From the NCBI GenBank assembly GCA_054600435.1, contig BAAIJX010000036.1:186001-239949 (forward strand): 53,949 nt of DNA. Direction: 5' to 3'. A program made the translations under genes and the position numbers. Origin of the DNA: Neophaeotheca triangularis. Lineage: Eukaryota. The notes under the pieces are model-generated. The model saw only the letters and a program-made list of their open reading frames with translations. It was not told the origin of the DNA and did no database searches. Shown here piece after piece: positions 11,990 to 25,026 of this stretch; the stretch's first letter is position 1; the number at the start of each line of letters is the position of its first letter.

Positions 11990-13160
11990 ATGTCCAACGG
12001 AACCGACGGCGCGATGAAATCTTTCCCACCGCTCAAAAATGACCTTCTCATACGTACCGCTCGTGGTCAGAAAGTCGAACGCCCTCCATGCTGGGTGATG
12101 AGGCAAGCAGGCCGCTACCTTCCAGAGTACCACAAAGAAAAGGATGGAAGGGACTTTTTCGAATGTTGTCGCTCGCCCGAAATCGCTTCGAACCTGACCC
12201 TCCAGCCCATAGACCGCTATGAGGGCCTCATCGACGCCGCCATCATTTTCAGCGACATCTTGGTCATACCGCAAGCCATGGGTATGGAGGTTGTGATGCT
12301 TGACGGCAAGGGCCCGCATTTCCCAAATCCACTGAGCTCCCCCGAGGACGAGCAATATGGCGAGGTCATGCAGAAGGAAGTCAATGTGAAGAACGAGCTG
12401 GGGTACGTCTTTGACGCCATCACCATGACACGGAGAAAACTGGACGGCAGGGTGCCCTTGTATGGCTTCTGTGGTGCGCCTTTCACCTTGCTTTGCTACA
12501 TGGTCGAAGGAGGCGGCAGCAAGATCTTCAAGCAGACCAAGACTTGGGTATTCAAGCACCCTGCCGAAAGCAAGAAGTTATTGCAGAAAATCGCCGAGCT
12601 CTGTGTGGAATACCTAGCCCAGCAGGTCGCAGCTGGCGCCCAGATCGTGCAGGTCTTCGACTCTTGGGCCGGTGAACTGAGCCCAGCCACTTTCAGGGAG
12701 TTTGGACTGCCCTACCTGACCTACATTTGTGACCATCTGCCCAAAAGACTACAAGAGTTGAACCAAGAGCCCGTGCCCATGGTAGTCTTCGCCAAGGGAG
12801 CATGGTACGCTATAGAAGACCTTTGCATGACCAAGTATGAGATCATTGGCCTGGACTGGCTCCACGATCCTGCCGAAGCCTACGCTGTTGCCCAAAAGCA
12901 TGGCAAGGTACTCCAAGGCAACGCGGACCCCGGCGTACTCTACGGTGGGCATGAGGCCATCACCAAGGTTGTCGAGACAATGGTAAATGGCTTCGGGGGT
13001 GGCAAGCAAGGGTGGATCGCCAATCTTGGCCACGGTAAGTCGAGCACGTTGAGATTTCAATTCGTCAGTGCTAACATATTCGTCAGGAGTGACTCCTTTC
13101 GTCAAACCAGACGAGCTCAAGTTTTTCTTCCAGGAAATCCACAGACTGTCAGGTAGTTGA
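11990..13160 (+). CDS. HEM12: Uroporphyrinogen decarboxylase; exons 11990-13034, 13087-13160
   Basis: [29 protein letters not shown]. Removing intron GTAAGT...GCTAAC...CAG gives [20 protein letters not shown]. Confidence 0.96.
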
Positions 13161-13314
13161 CTCCGTGCGGAACCCATCACGGAACGCTTGCCAACCAAAA
13201 TCTAGACTCCTATCAGAAGACGAAGATCCCCAACATCAATGGCCTCGCCGCGGCCGAGGAGAAGATGCATGAGCGGAACATGCTGCAGAGCGACTGGTAG
13301 TGCAGACCTAGACA

Positions 13315-13892
13315 CTACTCTTCGCCAATATCCTCGTTCCTATGTTCGGTCAGCTGGGGAAGCTTGTTGGCTTTTTCAAACAGTGACCTACCAGTCATCC
13401 GGATGCTTCTTGATGAAGTCCCGCATCAATGCTTCGCACTCTTCGCTCTTCAAATTCATGACCTCGACGCCTCGAGATCGAAGGTAGTCGTCACCGCCCA
13501 CGAAGGTGTTGTTCTCCCCCACGACGACCCGAGAAATCTTGTACAAGATGCAGGCGCCTGTGCACATATCACAAGGCGAAAGAGTGGTATACATGGTTGC
13601 CCCTTTGTAGGCGGACGCTGGGAGACGTCCTGCAACCTCGAGTGCTGAGATCTCGGCCTTGAAAGAGTCAATGACTGGAAAACAGTGTAGCAAAAGCGGC
13701 AGATGACGAGCCATATCAACGGTGACATACGTGTATAGTCGCACTATCCTTCTGCACTCGCATGTTGTGTCCTCGACCCAAGATCTTGCCTTCAGCACTC
13801 ACGAGGCATGCGCCGATGGGCACGCCCCCTTCGCTTGCGCCTTGTTTCGCTTCCTCCAACGCGGCCTTGAAGCCGGGATCGTTGATAGACAT
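13315..13892 (-). CDS. FCY1: Cytosine deaminase; 3 exons (introns 13658-13730 and 13340-13391)
   Basis: Spliced protein MSINDPGFKAALEEAKQGASEGGVPIGACLV...SATIH|AEISALE...TTLSPCDMCTGAC...DW|NEDIGEE*, containing the HAE and PCxxC zinc motifs. Confidence 0.95.
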
Positions 13893-14484
13893 GATGGCGA
13901 AAATCTACAGTAACGTTGTCAGGTTTGAGTATCACAATGAAGTAGAAAGGGATCGGAGCTAAACATTGATTCTTGGTTTATGTGGACCTGAATGCCATGC
14001 ATGCGTCTTTATCCCCTCGATATATACATACATACCCGACTGATAAGCAGATGGAGAAGCCTTATCGCGCCTCGGCGGGCTAATGTGGATGACGTTCCGC
14101 GCAGGCGGAGGCGGTGAGCCCGTTTTGGCTTTCCCCCTGCGCAGCAACTAACTCGCTCGGCGCAATCCAATTGACTGCTGTCGCCCAGCTGTAGAGAGTG
14201 GTATCAAACCCAGAGTCCATCGACGAATACCTCGTAGTAGTATCCATCTTACCCAAGGCTTTCATTATGATCGCACGGACAAGCACCAGACACTGAAGCC
14301 CGGCGAGTATCGATCCAGAGACGGCCAGCACCCGAGACACCAGCAAGACGCGAAACCAAGCGAGCTCGAGAGCTTTCGCGACCAGACAGAGAGCTTGCGA
14401 AAAGAGCAACAACAGCGAAGGAACCGTCGAGAGAGCTATAGTCAGTAGATACGCGTTGAGAAGAGCGGCGACAATTGAAGCGAC

Positions 14485-17400
14485 ATGGACCCTGGACACC
14501 GTGGATGGGCGTCAGGGCCGGCAGGGCAGCATGGTCAGAACGCGGAACAAGGACAGCCACAAAATCACAGACATGGCGGCAATAGCTTTGGGTACGTTTG
14601 ACAATAAGTCTTTTCCTATGGGCCCTATTTCTATCCTTGCTATTGTCAAGTTCAATTCTGTCCTTCACTTGCGACGCCTTCACTGCGGCGTTAGTGCGGA
14701 CTGGTCTCTGCAGCATTCTGCGAGCTCCAATACCCCTTCACTTGGAGTTCTACTTGAGATGACTTTCAACTAACATCTCTTCCTCCCACAGACCGAATAC
14801 CCAGCAACATCAGAACCAACAATCACCACATACCGGACACGCGGGGCTTCCGCCATCAGGTGGTGAGTAGCGAATCACGCCAATCATATCCTACAAACCG
14901 TCACTAACCACATAAACAGCACCGTTCCCTCAGTTCCACCAAGCACCCCACAGCCTTGCGAATTTGGCTGGTATCAGTCAACAATCACCGCGACAGCCTG
15001 CCGGGCCGCGTCAAGAAGGCACAATCGCCTCACAGCAGCAGGGCCATAACCAAGGCTTTTCGCTACCTGGAGTGGGTCAAGCGACAGGACAGCAAGGCGC
15101 GTTAGAAAGAGATCGCGAGCGTGCGCGGGAGGAACACATCCACATCAAAGCAGAGCAAGACAGAAGAGAGCAGGAGCTTGAGAGGGCGAGAATGGAGCAA
15201 CTTCCGCAACATCAGGCCCAGCATGGTCCACCAATGATCCACCAACCAATCGCCGTGGGCCCAAGGACTGCTCACGGACCGAATGGTATCTTGAACAACG
15301 CGAGCATTCAAGGTCCTCACGGCCAGCCTCAGCTTCCACTTGGCGCACCCAACGGTGCCGCAAACGCCTTCGCCGGCGGCCCAATGCAGTCAGCCGCTCA
15401 AGCGCAAGGTCCTGGTGGTCCCCAAGTACAGGCAGGTCTACTGGCGCCCTTTGGTCCCGGCGCGCAAGGCCAGCCAGGGCAGCAAGCACCTCAGGGCCAG
15501 CAAGCTCAGGGCCAAGGCCAAGGCCAAGGACAAGGCCAAGGACAGCAACCAATCCTCAACGATGCACTCAGTTACCTCGACCAAGTGAAGGTTCAGTTTG
15601 CAGACCACCCCGACGTTTACAACAGATTCCTCGACATCATGAAAGACTTTAAATCTGGCGCCATCGACACGCCAGGTGTTATCGGCCGAGTCAGTACCCT
15701 CTTTGCTGGCAACCCTGATCTCATCCAAGGCTTCAACACCTTCCTCCCACCTGGTTACCGCATTGAGTGCGGCTCCGACGGCGATCCAAACGCTATCCGT
15801 GTGACAACACCCATGGGAACCACCGTTCAGTCTATGCCACCGGTGCGACCTTTGAGTCGCCAAGAAGGTGGTGAGAACTTTCGCCCAGCCAACGGAACTT
15901 TCACTCCACAACCAGGTCAGAGTCAGACGATGTTCAGCCCAGGCGGTAGGCCTGCGCCGACGAGTGGCCAACAACAGTCCGGTCTCTCCCCTCTCGAGAT
16001 AGCTGCCGCTCGTCATCAAGAGCAACAAGCGATGCATCAGCAAGAGCAGCGCGGCGTCAACTCACTTCAGACTGCGGTCTCCGTCGCTGCAGGCGCGTCG
16101 GGCATGCGGGCAGGTATGTCGCCAGGACCACGAGGCAGTCCAGTCCCTGGCCAGGATGCGAATGGCATGACAATAGACGGCCAGCAGGCGCAAGGCGGTA
16201 TGGAGAAGCGCGGCCCAGTGGAATTCAACCACGCCATCAGCTATGTCAACAAGATCAAGAACCGCTTCTCCGCACACCCAGACATCTACAAGCAATTTCT
16301 GGAGATTCTGCAGACCTATCAACGGGAGTCGAAGCCGATTCAAGACGTCTATGGACAGGTCACTCGCTTGTTCAACGGCGCACCAGACCTCCTCGAAGAC
16401 TTCAAGCAGTTCTTGCCCGAGTCCGCCGCTGCTGCCAAGGCTGCCGCCATGCAACGCCAGCAGGCCGAGGCCAATGCAATGCTATCCAGCGCCCGTGACG
16501 AGCCAATCTACAACAGCCCAGTCATGTCGCGCGAGGGACCAACGAGCACGCCCAACCACAGAGCTCATCTACCGCCTGTCGGCAACTTTGCGCCGACGCC
16601 ATTGGCCAAGGACAACAACAAGCGCAAGCGGGGCGGTGCCACAGGTACCGGCGAGAGGAACGAAAGGCAGGGGACAGCCGGAGCCGGAAGTGTTCTTGAA
16701 GGAGTTGCAGGGCCTAGCGCTGGAAAGCAGTATGGCGCAGGTCAGCCCGGCAAGCGTGCAAAGCATACCCATGCCATGGCCGGCAAGCCGAGCGACCAGC
16801 CTCCTCCATCACCGACTTTGATCCCAGCTTTGCCCCAACCGATCCCACCTACCACGACCTCGACTGCTACAAGCGATGAGCTGGGCTTCTTCGACAAGGC
16901 CAAGAAGCTCATCGGCAACAAGAACACTATGAACGAATTCCTCAAGCTCTGCAATCTCTTCAGCCAGGACCTCATCGACCGGGTGGTTCTCATCCACCGA
17001 GCTCGCATGTTCATCGGCGGCAATGCAGAATTGATGAAGTGGTTCACCGACTTTGTTGGTTACGACGACAGGGATGTCATCATCGAAAATCGAGCCCGAG
17101 TGCTCCCTGGAGGAAGAGTGAGCCTCAGCAACTGCAGAGGCATGGGTCCGAGTTACAGGCTTTTGCCGAAAAGGGTACGTGCATTCCTATTTCTTTCTGT
17201 CTATTGTGTTTATTGCTATTGTGTTATTGTCTGCGTGCTTTTTTCCTATTGTCGAGTGCAGCAAATGAAGCTCAGCTGGGGTCCGAATGGTTGCTATTGT
17301 CAGCCTTCACTCAGAGGAGATCAAAAACTTCTTGACCTGCCTTTCTCCGTCCTTCCTGGAACCAGAACACAACAACATACCGGATCCTATCATCGCACAA

Positions 17401-20400
17401 TCAAGCAAACACATCCACATACACGCCGTCAGCGAACCGAATATCCAATCAATTCCACCGCAAAAGGATTCTCCGCCACAATGAAGACTCGTGGTAGAGC
17501 TTACGGTTCGCCAACGCCAGCGGAAGTCAACAGCAAGGCTGAGGCTTCCAGAGAACGTGCTGCAAATTCACCTAGCCTTGAGATCCACAAGGTCCAAACC
17601 AACGTCACGGCTTCCAAGGTTTCCAAAGCCGCCAAACCAAAGACGACCACCGCTTTCGAGACCCCCAAGACCACCGCCACGGCGTCCAACGCTTCCAAAC
17701 CCACCAAACCCAAGATGGCTACCGCCTCTGAGACCACCGAAACCACCGCCACGGCGTCCAAAGCTTCCAAACCCACCATACCCAAGACGACCACCGCTTC
17801 TGAGACCCCCGAAACCACCGTCACGGCGTCTAAAGCTCCAGAGGCGACCAAGGCTAAGGAAGCCACCGCTTCCAAGACTCCGAAGACCACCGTCACTGCG
17901 ACCAAAGCTTCAAAAGCGACCAGAGGCAAGACAGCCACCGCTTCCGAGGCCCCGAAGACCACCAAAGCCAAGACTCCTGCCCCTAAAGCTCCCAAGGCCA
18001 CCAACCCCCCAGCCACCACCGCCAAAGCTTCCAAAGTCACCAAACCAAAAACAATCGCCAGCAAGGCTGCCAAAGTCACCAAACCTGAGAAAGCTACTCC
18101 GAAGAAAGCGCCAGCCAAATCCGTTGCTGCAGAAAAGAAGCAGGCGGCGAAGCAGAAGGTGCCTGCCCGCGAAGAGCCTGTGATGATGGCTGCCTGGATA
18201 TTCAGACGCGGCGGCGAGCCAACAGAACACGAGAGAATGTCGTTCCGTGCGAACGAAGCCATGCGCCCCCAACCGAAGACGTTCCCCGATTTGTTCCCTG
18301 AGAGCAACGTCCGAGGCCAATCTCCAGTGGTGCCGCGTGTTACCCTACCGATGCCACCTCAGTTGCGCCCCGCCAGCCCTCAGTGATATGAACCCGCATA
18401 TCTCTGGCTTGGCTTTGGTAGCCTTCGTAGCATGCCGCCTCAAACCTGAGGTAGATGAGTGAGTAGGCGTCTATGCCGAAAGCTGTCCACCGTTGGGCAC
18501 GGTCGGCTGCTGCAAGGTGCCCATTGGCTTCATTCTCTGTTTCAATTGCACTTTGAATGCTTGTGTCTCTTTCAACTGGATGTCTTGGACCGTTTCAAGT
18601 TTGCCCTGGCCGGGCTGGACTTCTTCCTTGCTACTTGCTGCTGCTTGCTGTTTTCCTGTTTTCCTGTTCTATTATCCTGGTGCTTTTTTCACGACGTTAC
18701 CTAGAGAGGGCGTTCACTAATGTACGAACTTCGTCAACAGGAGCGTCAAAAGCCTTGCAGTGGCCGCGATGAGCTCTGCAATTCTGTTCTCAACGATGAG
18801 TGGGCTTCCCACCCGACCTGGGCTTCTGAGGACTCCGGATTCATCGCCCACAAGAAGAACGTCAACGAGGAAGGTCTTCACCGTATCGAAGAAGAACGCC
18901 ACGACTACGACTTCAACATTGAGGCTTGCAATCGCACCATTCAACTCCTCGAGCCCATCGCTCAGCAACTCAGGCGCATGTCCGACGCCGATCAGGAGAT
19001 GTACAAGCTTCCACCTGGTCTAGGTGGCCAGAGTGAAGCAATCTACAAGCGGGTCATCATGAAGCTGTACGGTCGTGACAGAGGCCAGACTGTCATTGAG
19101 AGATTGGAGGAGTCGCCGTACCTCGTCATACCGGTGCTTCTCAACCGTCTCAAGGAGCGCCTCGAGACATGGAAGATGGCGCAGAGAGAATGGGAGAAAG
19201 TCTGGCGTGATCAGACCTCCAAGATGTTTTACAAGAGTCTCGACCACCAGTCAGCGAGCTTCAAGAACAACCTTGGCAAGACATTCCAGCAGAAAGCGCT
19301 GCAGTCTGAGATTGCTGTCAAGTACGAGGACATGAAACGTCAAGAGCCGAACGCGCCCGGACTCCTGAGAAAGCCTCAGATGATATTCGACATCCAGGAC
19401 CACGACGTCCTCATCGACGCTACTCACCTGGTTCTTGCCTACATCGATCAGAACCAAAGCACCGAGCAACCGCGCCTTCTGGTCTTTATCCGCGAGTTCA
19501 TGCCCGTTTTCTTTGGGCTTGACGTCTCTGACTTCAACACCAAGATCAAAGAGAGGCTGGGCGAGACCCCCCCTACTGGAGAGCTTAATGACGACTCTGC
19601 GTCAGGTGCCGAAGACGGTGCATCTAAGATCCGCAAAGGGAACAGCAAGAATGGCAGCCTACTCCGTGCCACTTTGTCCAAGGGCAAAGGGCGCGGTGCT
19701 CGCGAAGACAGCAATACTCCAGCCAGTCGCGCCTCGACTCCAGGGATGGATACCGCTTCGAACGCTGCCGAAGACGAGGTCATGGCCGAGACGGCAGACG
19801 AGGCGGACGACAAAGCAGAGACCGCCTCAACACGCTGGATCGACCCTGCCGCCATTGGCGCGTCAGAGAACAGGAAGCCTGTGCCCAATGTCAACGCCAA
19901 CGACCCTCACAAGCGTGACACCTACCGCATGTACGCGAACCCAGCCATTTACTGCTTCGTCCGCATGGTTGTGGTGCTGTACGAACGCCTGCACAAGCTC
20001 AAGCTCGCTGAATCCGACGCCAAAGAGACCGTCAAAAACGCGAAGAAGTTCAAACCGGCCAGCGAGCTCGGCATCTCCGATAAGGGGACTGACGAGTTCT
20101 TCGAAGACACCAGCGAGAACGCCAACTACTACCGCCAAATGCTTCGTAAGCTCGAGGATGTCGCAAGAGGCGAAATCGAGTTCACACCGGATGTCGAAGA
20201 GACTCTTCGCCGTTTCTACCTACAGACTGGCTATCCTCTTTACGCCTTCGAGAAGATCTTGCAGGCTCTGTCGAAATTCGCGACGGTTATCTGCAGCTCA
20301 GATGGCAAGGACAAGACGCCAGATATCTACCAGCTCTTCAAACGCGACCGCGTTAAGGAGACGACGACCGCCACTCAGCAGATGGACTACAGAAGAGCGG

Positions 20401-21116
20401 TTGAGAAGCTTGTCAAGGACGGCGAATTGTACCGCATTGAGATGGTGAGCCCTAATAAGCATTCACATTTGATGAGACCACCCGCTAACTCAAACGCTGC
20501 ACAGAACTCGCCAGCCACCTCCATCAATATGCGTATCATGAAGAAGGACGACCCCACCCTCGCCTCCGACCTTTCGCCGCTCGATCAAGAGAACCGCTGG
20601 CGCTACTACATCGGCTCTTACACCTCGGTGGACCCGACCGAAGGCGTCGACCACAAGGCTCTCAGGCTTCCACTACTGCCACGCAACCTTCGTGCTTTCG
20701 GTGCCGACCCCAGCAGCGTTTCCTACCCACCATCTCCTCGCCCCGACGACCCAATCGCGAACGAGCGTCTTATGAGACGTTTCGACCACCAGAAAGGCGA
20801 AGAGAGCCTAGTAATGCGCATCGCCGTTGACTCCTACTTCCGCATCTTCGAGCCGAACACTTTCGAAGGCTGGTTCGAGAGCATGAGCGAGAGGCAAGGT
20901 GGCAAAGAGGGTGTCGATGAAGCTATCGAGGCCGCAGCTCAGCGCAAAGAGACTGTCAACGAGGGTTTCGAGCTGATGAACGCGGGCATGAAGGGTTTGA
21001 GCAAGAGCGAGGTCGAGGCGAAGAATGAGAATTTCACTAAGATGGTGCAGGAAGGGGTTCACACGGCTGAAGCGGAGGATGACGAGGAGCAGGGCAATGC
21101 TATGGAGGTCGACTAG
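14485..21116 (+). CDS. SIN3: Sin3 corepressor; exons 14485-14591, 14792-14862, 14920-17174, 18741-20444, 20505-21116
   Basis: PAH1 (LNDALSYLDQVKVQF), PAH2 (VEFNHAISYVNKIKNRF) and PAH3. The HDAC-interaction domain GPSYRLLPKR|ERQKPCSGRDELCNSVLNDEWASHPTWASEDSGF spans a 1566-nt GT-AG intron. The two 5' exons are inferred from splice signals and frame. Confidence 0.93.
17481..18386 (+). CDS. Putative intron-nested ORF or alternative SIN3 3' end; 301 aa, Lys/Ala/Thr/Pro-rich repeats
   Basis: ATG in cacaATG context, open frame to TGA 18386, in frame with SIN3 exon 3. Confidence 0.5.
   Translation: MKTRGRAYGSPTPAEVNSKAEASRERAANSPSLEIHKVQTNVTASKVSKAAKPKTTTAFETPKTTATASNASKPTKPKMATASETTETTATASKASKPTIPKTTTASETPETTVTASKAPEATKAKEATASKTPKTTVTATKASKATRGKTATASEAPKTTKAKTPAPKAPKATNPPATTAKASKVTKPKTIASKAAKVTKPEKATPKKAPAKSVAAEKKQAAKQKVPAREEPVMMAAWIFRRGGEPTEHERMSFRANEAMRPQPKTFPDLFPESNVRGQSPVVPRVTLPMPPQLRPASPQ
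17604..17963 (+). repeat. Five imperfect 72-bp (24-aa) tandem coding repeats
   Basis: VTASKVSKAAKPKTTTAFETPKTT / ATASNASKPTKPKMATASETTETT / ATASKASKPTIPKTTTASETPETT / VTASKAPEATKAKEATASKTPKTT / VTATKASKATRGKTATASEAPKTT. Confidence 0.9.
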
Positions 21117-21497
21117 ACCGTGTTGATGATTGTGCGGGAGGAGATATTGATATGCGGCGTTCTTGGCAGATGCGATGAGTATCATGGGCCATCCGGGTGG
21201 AATTGCGTGTTGACGGCGTTTCGTGTGCAAGACGTTTGTTGCTGCGGACGCAAAATCTATTGTACCATTTCTTGCACCATTAGCTCTGTGTATCACTCGA
21301 GAACTCACACGTTTCACACATATATGCTCTCGGTGATTGTGTAAGCATGCAAGGCACACCGGAGGCGCTGGCGTCCATGGATGTTGGTCTGTCCGCGCCT
21401 GTGTAACGTGAGCTTGGAAAGCCTTCCGATTCCCACGCCTTCCCCAGACTTCGCGCTTGAAGCTCTGAGACTACCAATCTCGAACTTCATATACAAT

Positions 21498-22554
21498 ATG
21501 AACACCCAAAAAGTACTAAAAAGAGCGCCCTTGGCTGCCAGAGCTCTAAGAGATGCTCCTGCGCGGCGATGGACATGCTCGACATGCCTGTAAGTCTAGT
21601 AACACCCGAACCATTTACAACAGACTCCGCTAACACGGGCGTCTCAGATCCCAATGGCAAAACGGCCCTAGGATAACACCACGCCTCCAACCCGTGAACA
21701 GCTCCCCCTCGAGCTCCCCATCGCACACCCGCGCGTTCACAACCACACCCGCCCTCCTTAAAAAAGGCAACAAAGCCGCCCGTGACGAATCCAAAGCCGC
21801 TTCCAAAACCTCCACCCCCTCCTCCTCCTCCTCCTCCTCCTCGGGCGCAGCCGACGATCCTTTCGACTACAGTGATCTAGAGTCAGAGATTGAGCGTGCC
21901 ATCACCCGTCTCAAAGAAGATTTGTCCAAATTACGTGCCGGAGGCCGTTTTAATCCCGAAGTGCTCGAGAATTTGCGTCTGCAGCCGGAAAAAGGGAGTA
22001 AGGAGAAGGTTAAGATTGGGGATTTGGCGCAGGTGGTGCCGCAGGGACGGACGGTTAGAGTTATGGTTGGGGAGGTGGATGTAAGTTCAATTTTGCCCTA
22101 TCTCGGAGGAGGGGTGGGATATTGGGGTGTGGCTTGACGACACGAGAAGGGCTGGGGGTTTGATTGTGTTTGTGGATGCTAATGGTGAGTTTTGCGACAG
22201 CAAGTCAAACCGATTTCTTCAGCGATCCAGGGTTCGAACCTCTCGCTCACGCCCCAGCCGGACCCGACAGGTCAGAACCCCTTGCTTCTTGTAATTAACA
22301 TACCCCCTCCGACGGCGGATTCGCGGCGCGCGGCTGTCGCTGAGGCTACGAAGGCGGAGGGCAAGGCTGCCACGGCTGTCAGGGATGCGAGGGGCAAGAT
22401 GCAGAAGAAGCTGAATGGGATGAAGAACAACAAGGCTGTGAGGCCGGATGATTTGAAGAAGGCGGGGACGGGGATGGAGAAGGTTGTTGAGAAGGGGCAG
22501 GGGGAGGTTAAAAGGGTTGCTGATGGGAGCCGGAAGATGTTGGAGAGTGGTTGA
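21498..22554 (+). CDS. RRF1: Mitochondrial ribosome recycling factor; exons 21498-21589, 21648-22080, 22201-22554
   Basis: LKEDLSKLRAGGRFNPEVLE, IGDLAQVVPQGR, INIPPPTADSRR; presequence-like N-terminus; canonical introns keep the frame. Confidence 0.88.
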
Positions 22555-23297
22555 AGGGGGACGTTTCTGTGCTGGTCACGGGTTCGGGAGTTTTGGAGGC
22601 CCAGGCATGCACGATTGCTGGTGATCACAGTGGAAATATGGGTCACGCTGGCTAGTGTTGGACATGCCTTGACGCTCTGAATTTCGTACTGAGACTCCTG
22701 ATTTTCTGATCTATAGGTCCTATTGCTGTCACACTTTGACGAGCGGCCATCCGGTGGTCTTGGGCGAGCACCTACCGTAGTCATGAAATGGAGCGACCCT
22801 AGCAAAGAAGGGGTCCAAGCAGTCTATGTACGTGTTACATCCTGTTTAGGTGGGTTGTGTCCCTGAGCTTCCACCGGACCACCACTGGTATAGCGATCAA
22901 GTAGACTGCTGGCGTTGGTAATGCGATGTGAGTGTAACATGCATATAATGTACTTGCACGTTCGATTGCATCCGCCTCACTGCAGCATCTCCGTCCCTAC
23001 CTTAGCGTGGTTTCTATCCCAGCAAATCGGAACCAACACGCACTCGGCCCGCGGTGTGTGGCATCCCGGTCCCGACGCCGGCTGATCCCGGCTTGAACTC
23101 TTAGGGCAGAATGTCCAGACCTTACCTCCGGGTAGTTTGATGAGCATGTATTTGTACGCAACATGACTGGCCTCTCCCTCTCCCTTTACATCCTCCGCAC
23201 GCTGCTAAAATTCCAGCTGTAAAAAGCGAGGGATAGCGATGCTGCGCCGGCTCAAGACCGTTGAGCGCGCGACGACTGACCCCTGTAACCTTCGAAG

Positions 23298-24767
23298 ATG
23301 ACACCCGACGATGAGGCTCTTGAGAGTGAGGAATACAAGTCTAGATGAGCACAATGGCTGCGCAACCGCTGACTTGACCCGTCAGATCTCTCCGAGCTTT
23401 CTACCAAAGCACTCTACGCAGAATTGGCAAGACGCAAGGATGAAGACCCTTCCACTCGACCCGCCTGCGGCACTTCCGGCCCCAAGCACAGCTACAATAC
23501 CAGCCTGCATGTCTTCGCCCTCGTCCTCATCCTCGTCCTATCTACCTTCGCATGCTCCTTCCCGGTAATAGTGCGCCGCTTTCCGAAGCTTCCTGTCCCG
23601 AACCAAGCCCTGTTCATTAGCAGGCACTTCGGTACTGGCGTACTCATAGCTACGGCTTTTGTGCATCTGCTACCTACTGCATACATAAGTTTGACGGATG
23701 AGTGCCTACCACCGTTCTGGAACGATATATACCCTGAGATGGCCGGTTTCGTTGCCATGTGCAGCGTTTTGGTTGTCGTGGCTGTGGAGATGGTGTTCGC
23801 AATCCGGGGAGGGGTGAAGCACGACCACTCGGGCGGGGAGTTTGGGGGACATGCTGGACATTCCGGTGTTGGCGGGGATAATGCGGAAGAGAGGCGACCG
23901 ACACTGGGCAATGCAAGAATGGACAGCTTCAACTCGTTCAAGGCTGTCCCGGGCAGCGTACTGGACGGCCAAAGGGACAGTGAAGACGTGCCGTTGAGGG
24001 ACGCAGACGGCCGCTACACAGATACAGATGCTCAGGAAAACATCAATAAACCCTTGCCTCCGCCACCTCAGCGCTCGCACTCTGACGATGACGACGACAG
24101 CGATCTCGATCTCGACGAGCTAGAAGCCGAAGATGAGCAGCCGCTGAATGGCTCGGCGGTTCCCATGTCAAACGGGAATAATCGACCAAAAGGCAAACGC
24201 CAGGTTTCCTTTGCCGATCTACCCCCCACGCCATCCTCGCCTTCCGGATCCCTAACACCTCCAGACGCCAACGAGCAGCGTCTGATACTGCAATGCTTGC
24301 TACTAGAAGCGGGCATTCTCTTCCACAGCGTCTTTATCGGCATTGCGTTATCCGTTTCCACCGGCCCGTCCTTTGTAGTCTTGCTAATAGCAATATCCTT
24401 CCACCAGACATTTGAGGGTCTGGCGTTGGGAAGCCGCATAGCCGCCATCTCATCCTTCGGTCCGGGATCTTTCAAGCCCTGGGCCATGAGCGTAATGTAC
24501 GGCATCACGACACCGATTGGGCAAGCTATCGGGTTGGGCGTGCATGGCTTGTACGATCCAGAGGGCAAAGTGGGGTTACTAATGGTGGGCAGCGTCAACG
24601 CCGTGAGCGCCGGTTTGCTTTTATACGCTGGGTTGGTGCAATTATTGGCCGAGGACTTTCTGAGCGAAACTTCCTACGAAGAGCTCAAGGGCAAGAGACG
24701 GTTACACGCTTGTCTCTCGGTCGTGGGAGGGAGCATGCTAATGGCGTTGGTTGGTGTTTGGGCGTGA
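23298..24767 (+). CDS. ZIP-family zinc transporter (Zrt2-like); exons 23298-23325, 23386-24767
   Basis: HFGTGVLIATAFVHLLP, LEAGILFHSVFIG, FHQTFEGLALG, His-containing loop. The first exon is inferred from GTGAGG...GCTGAC...CAG. Confidence 0.9.
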
Positions 24768-25026
24768 TTCTTGGTGCGCGTCCAGGTGTTGAAGACCATT
24801 TTTCACGCGACACTAGAGAAGCTGATCTATAGACCATGTATTGGCTTTTTAACAGTTCCACGCCGATTCCGTTGAAGCCCATCTCACAGCGCGTGGAGCC
24901 CTCGTCCACGACAACTCCATACCCAGTAAAGCCACCAACACCTCGCTAAGACCGCGCAAAAAACCAACCCCATTCGCCAGAGCCCTTCTCCACACCACAC
25001 CGCACCCTTACCTCCACACTCCCCTC

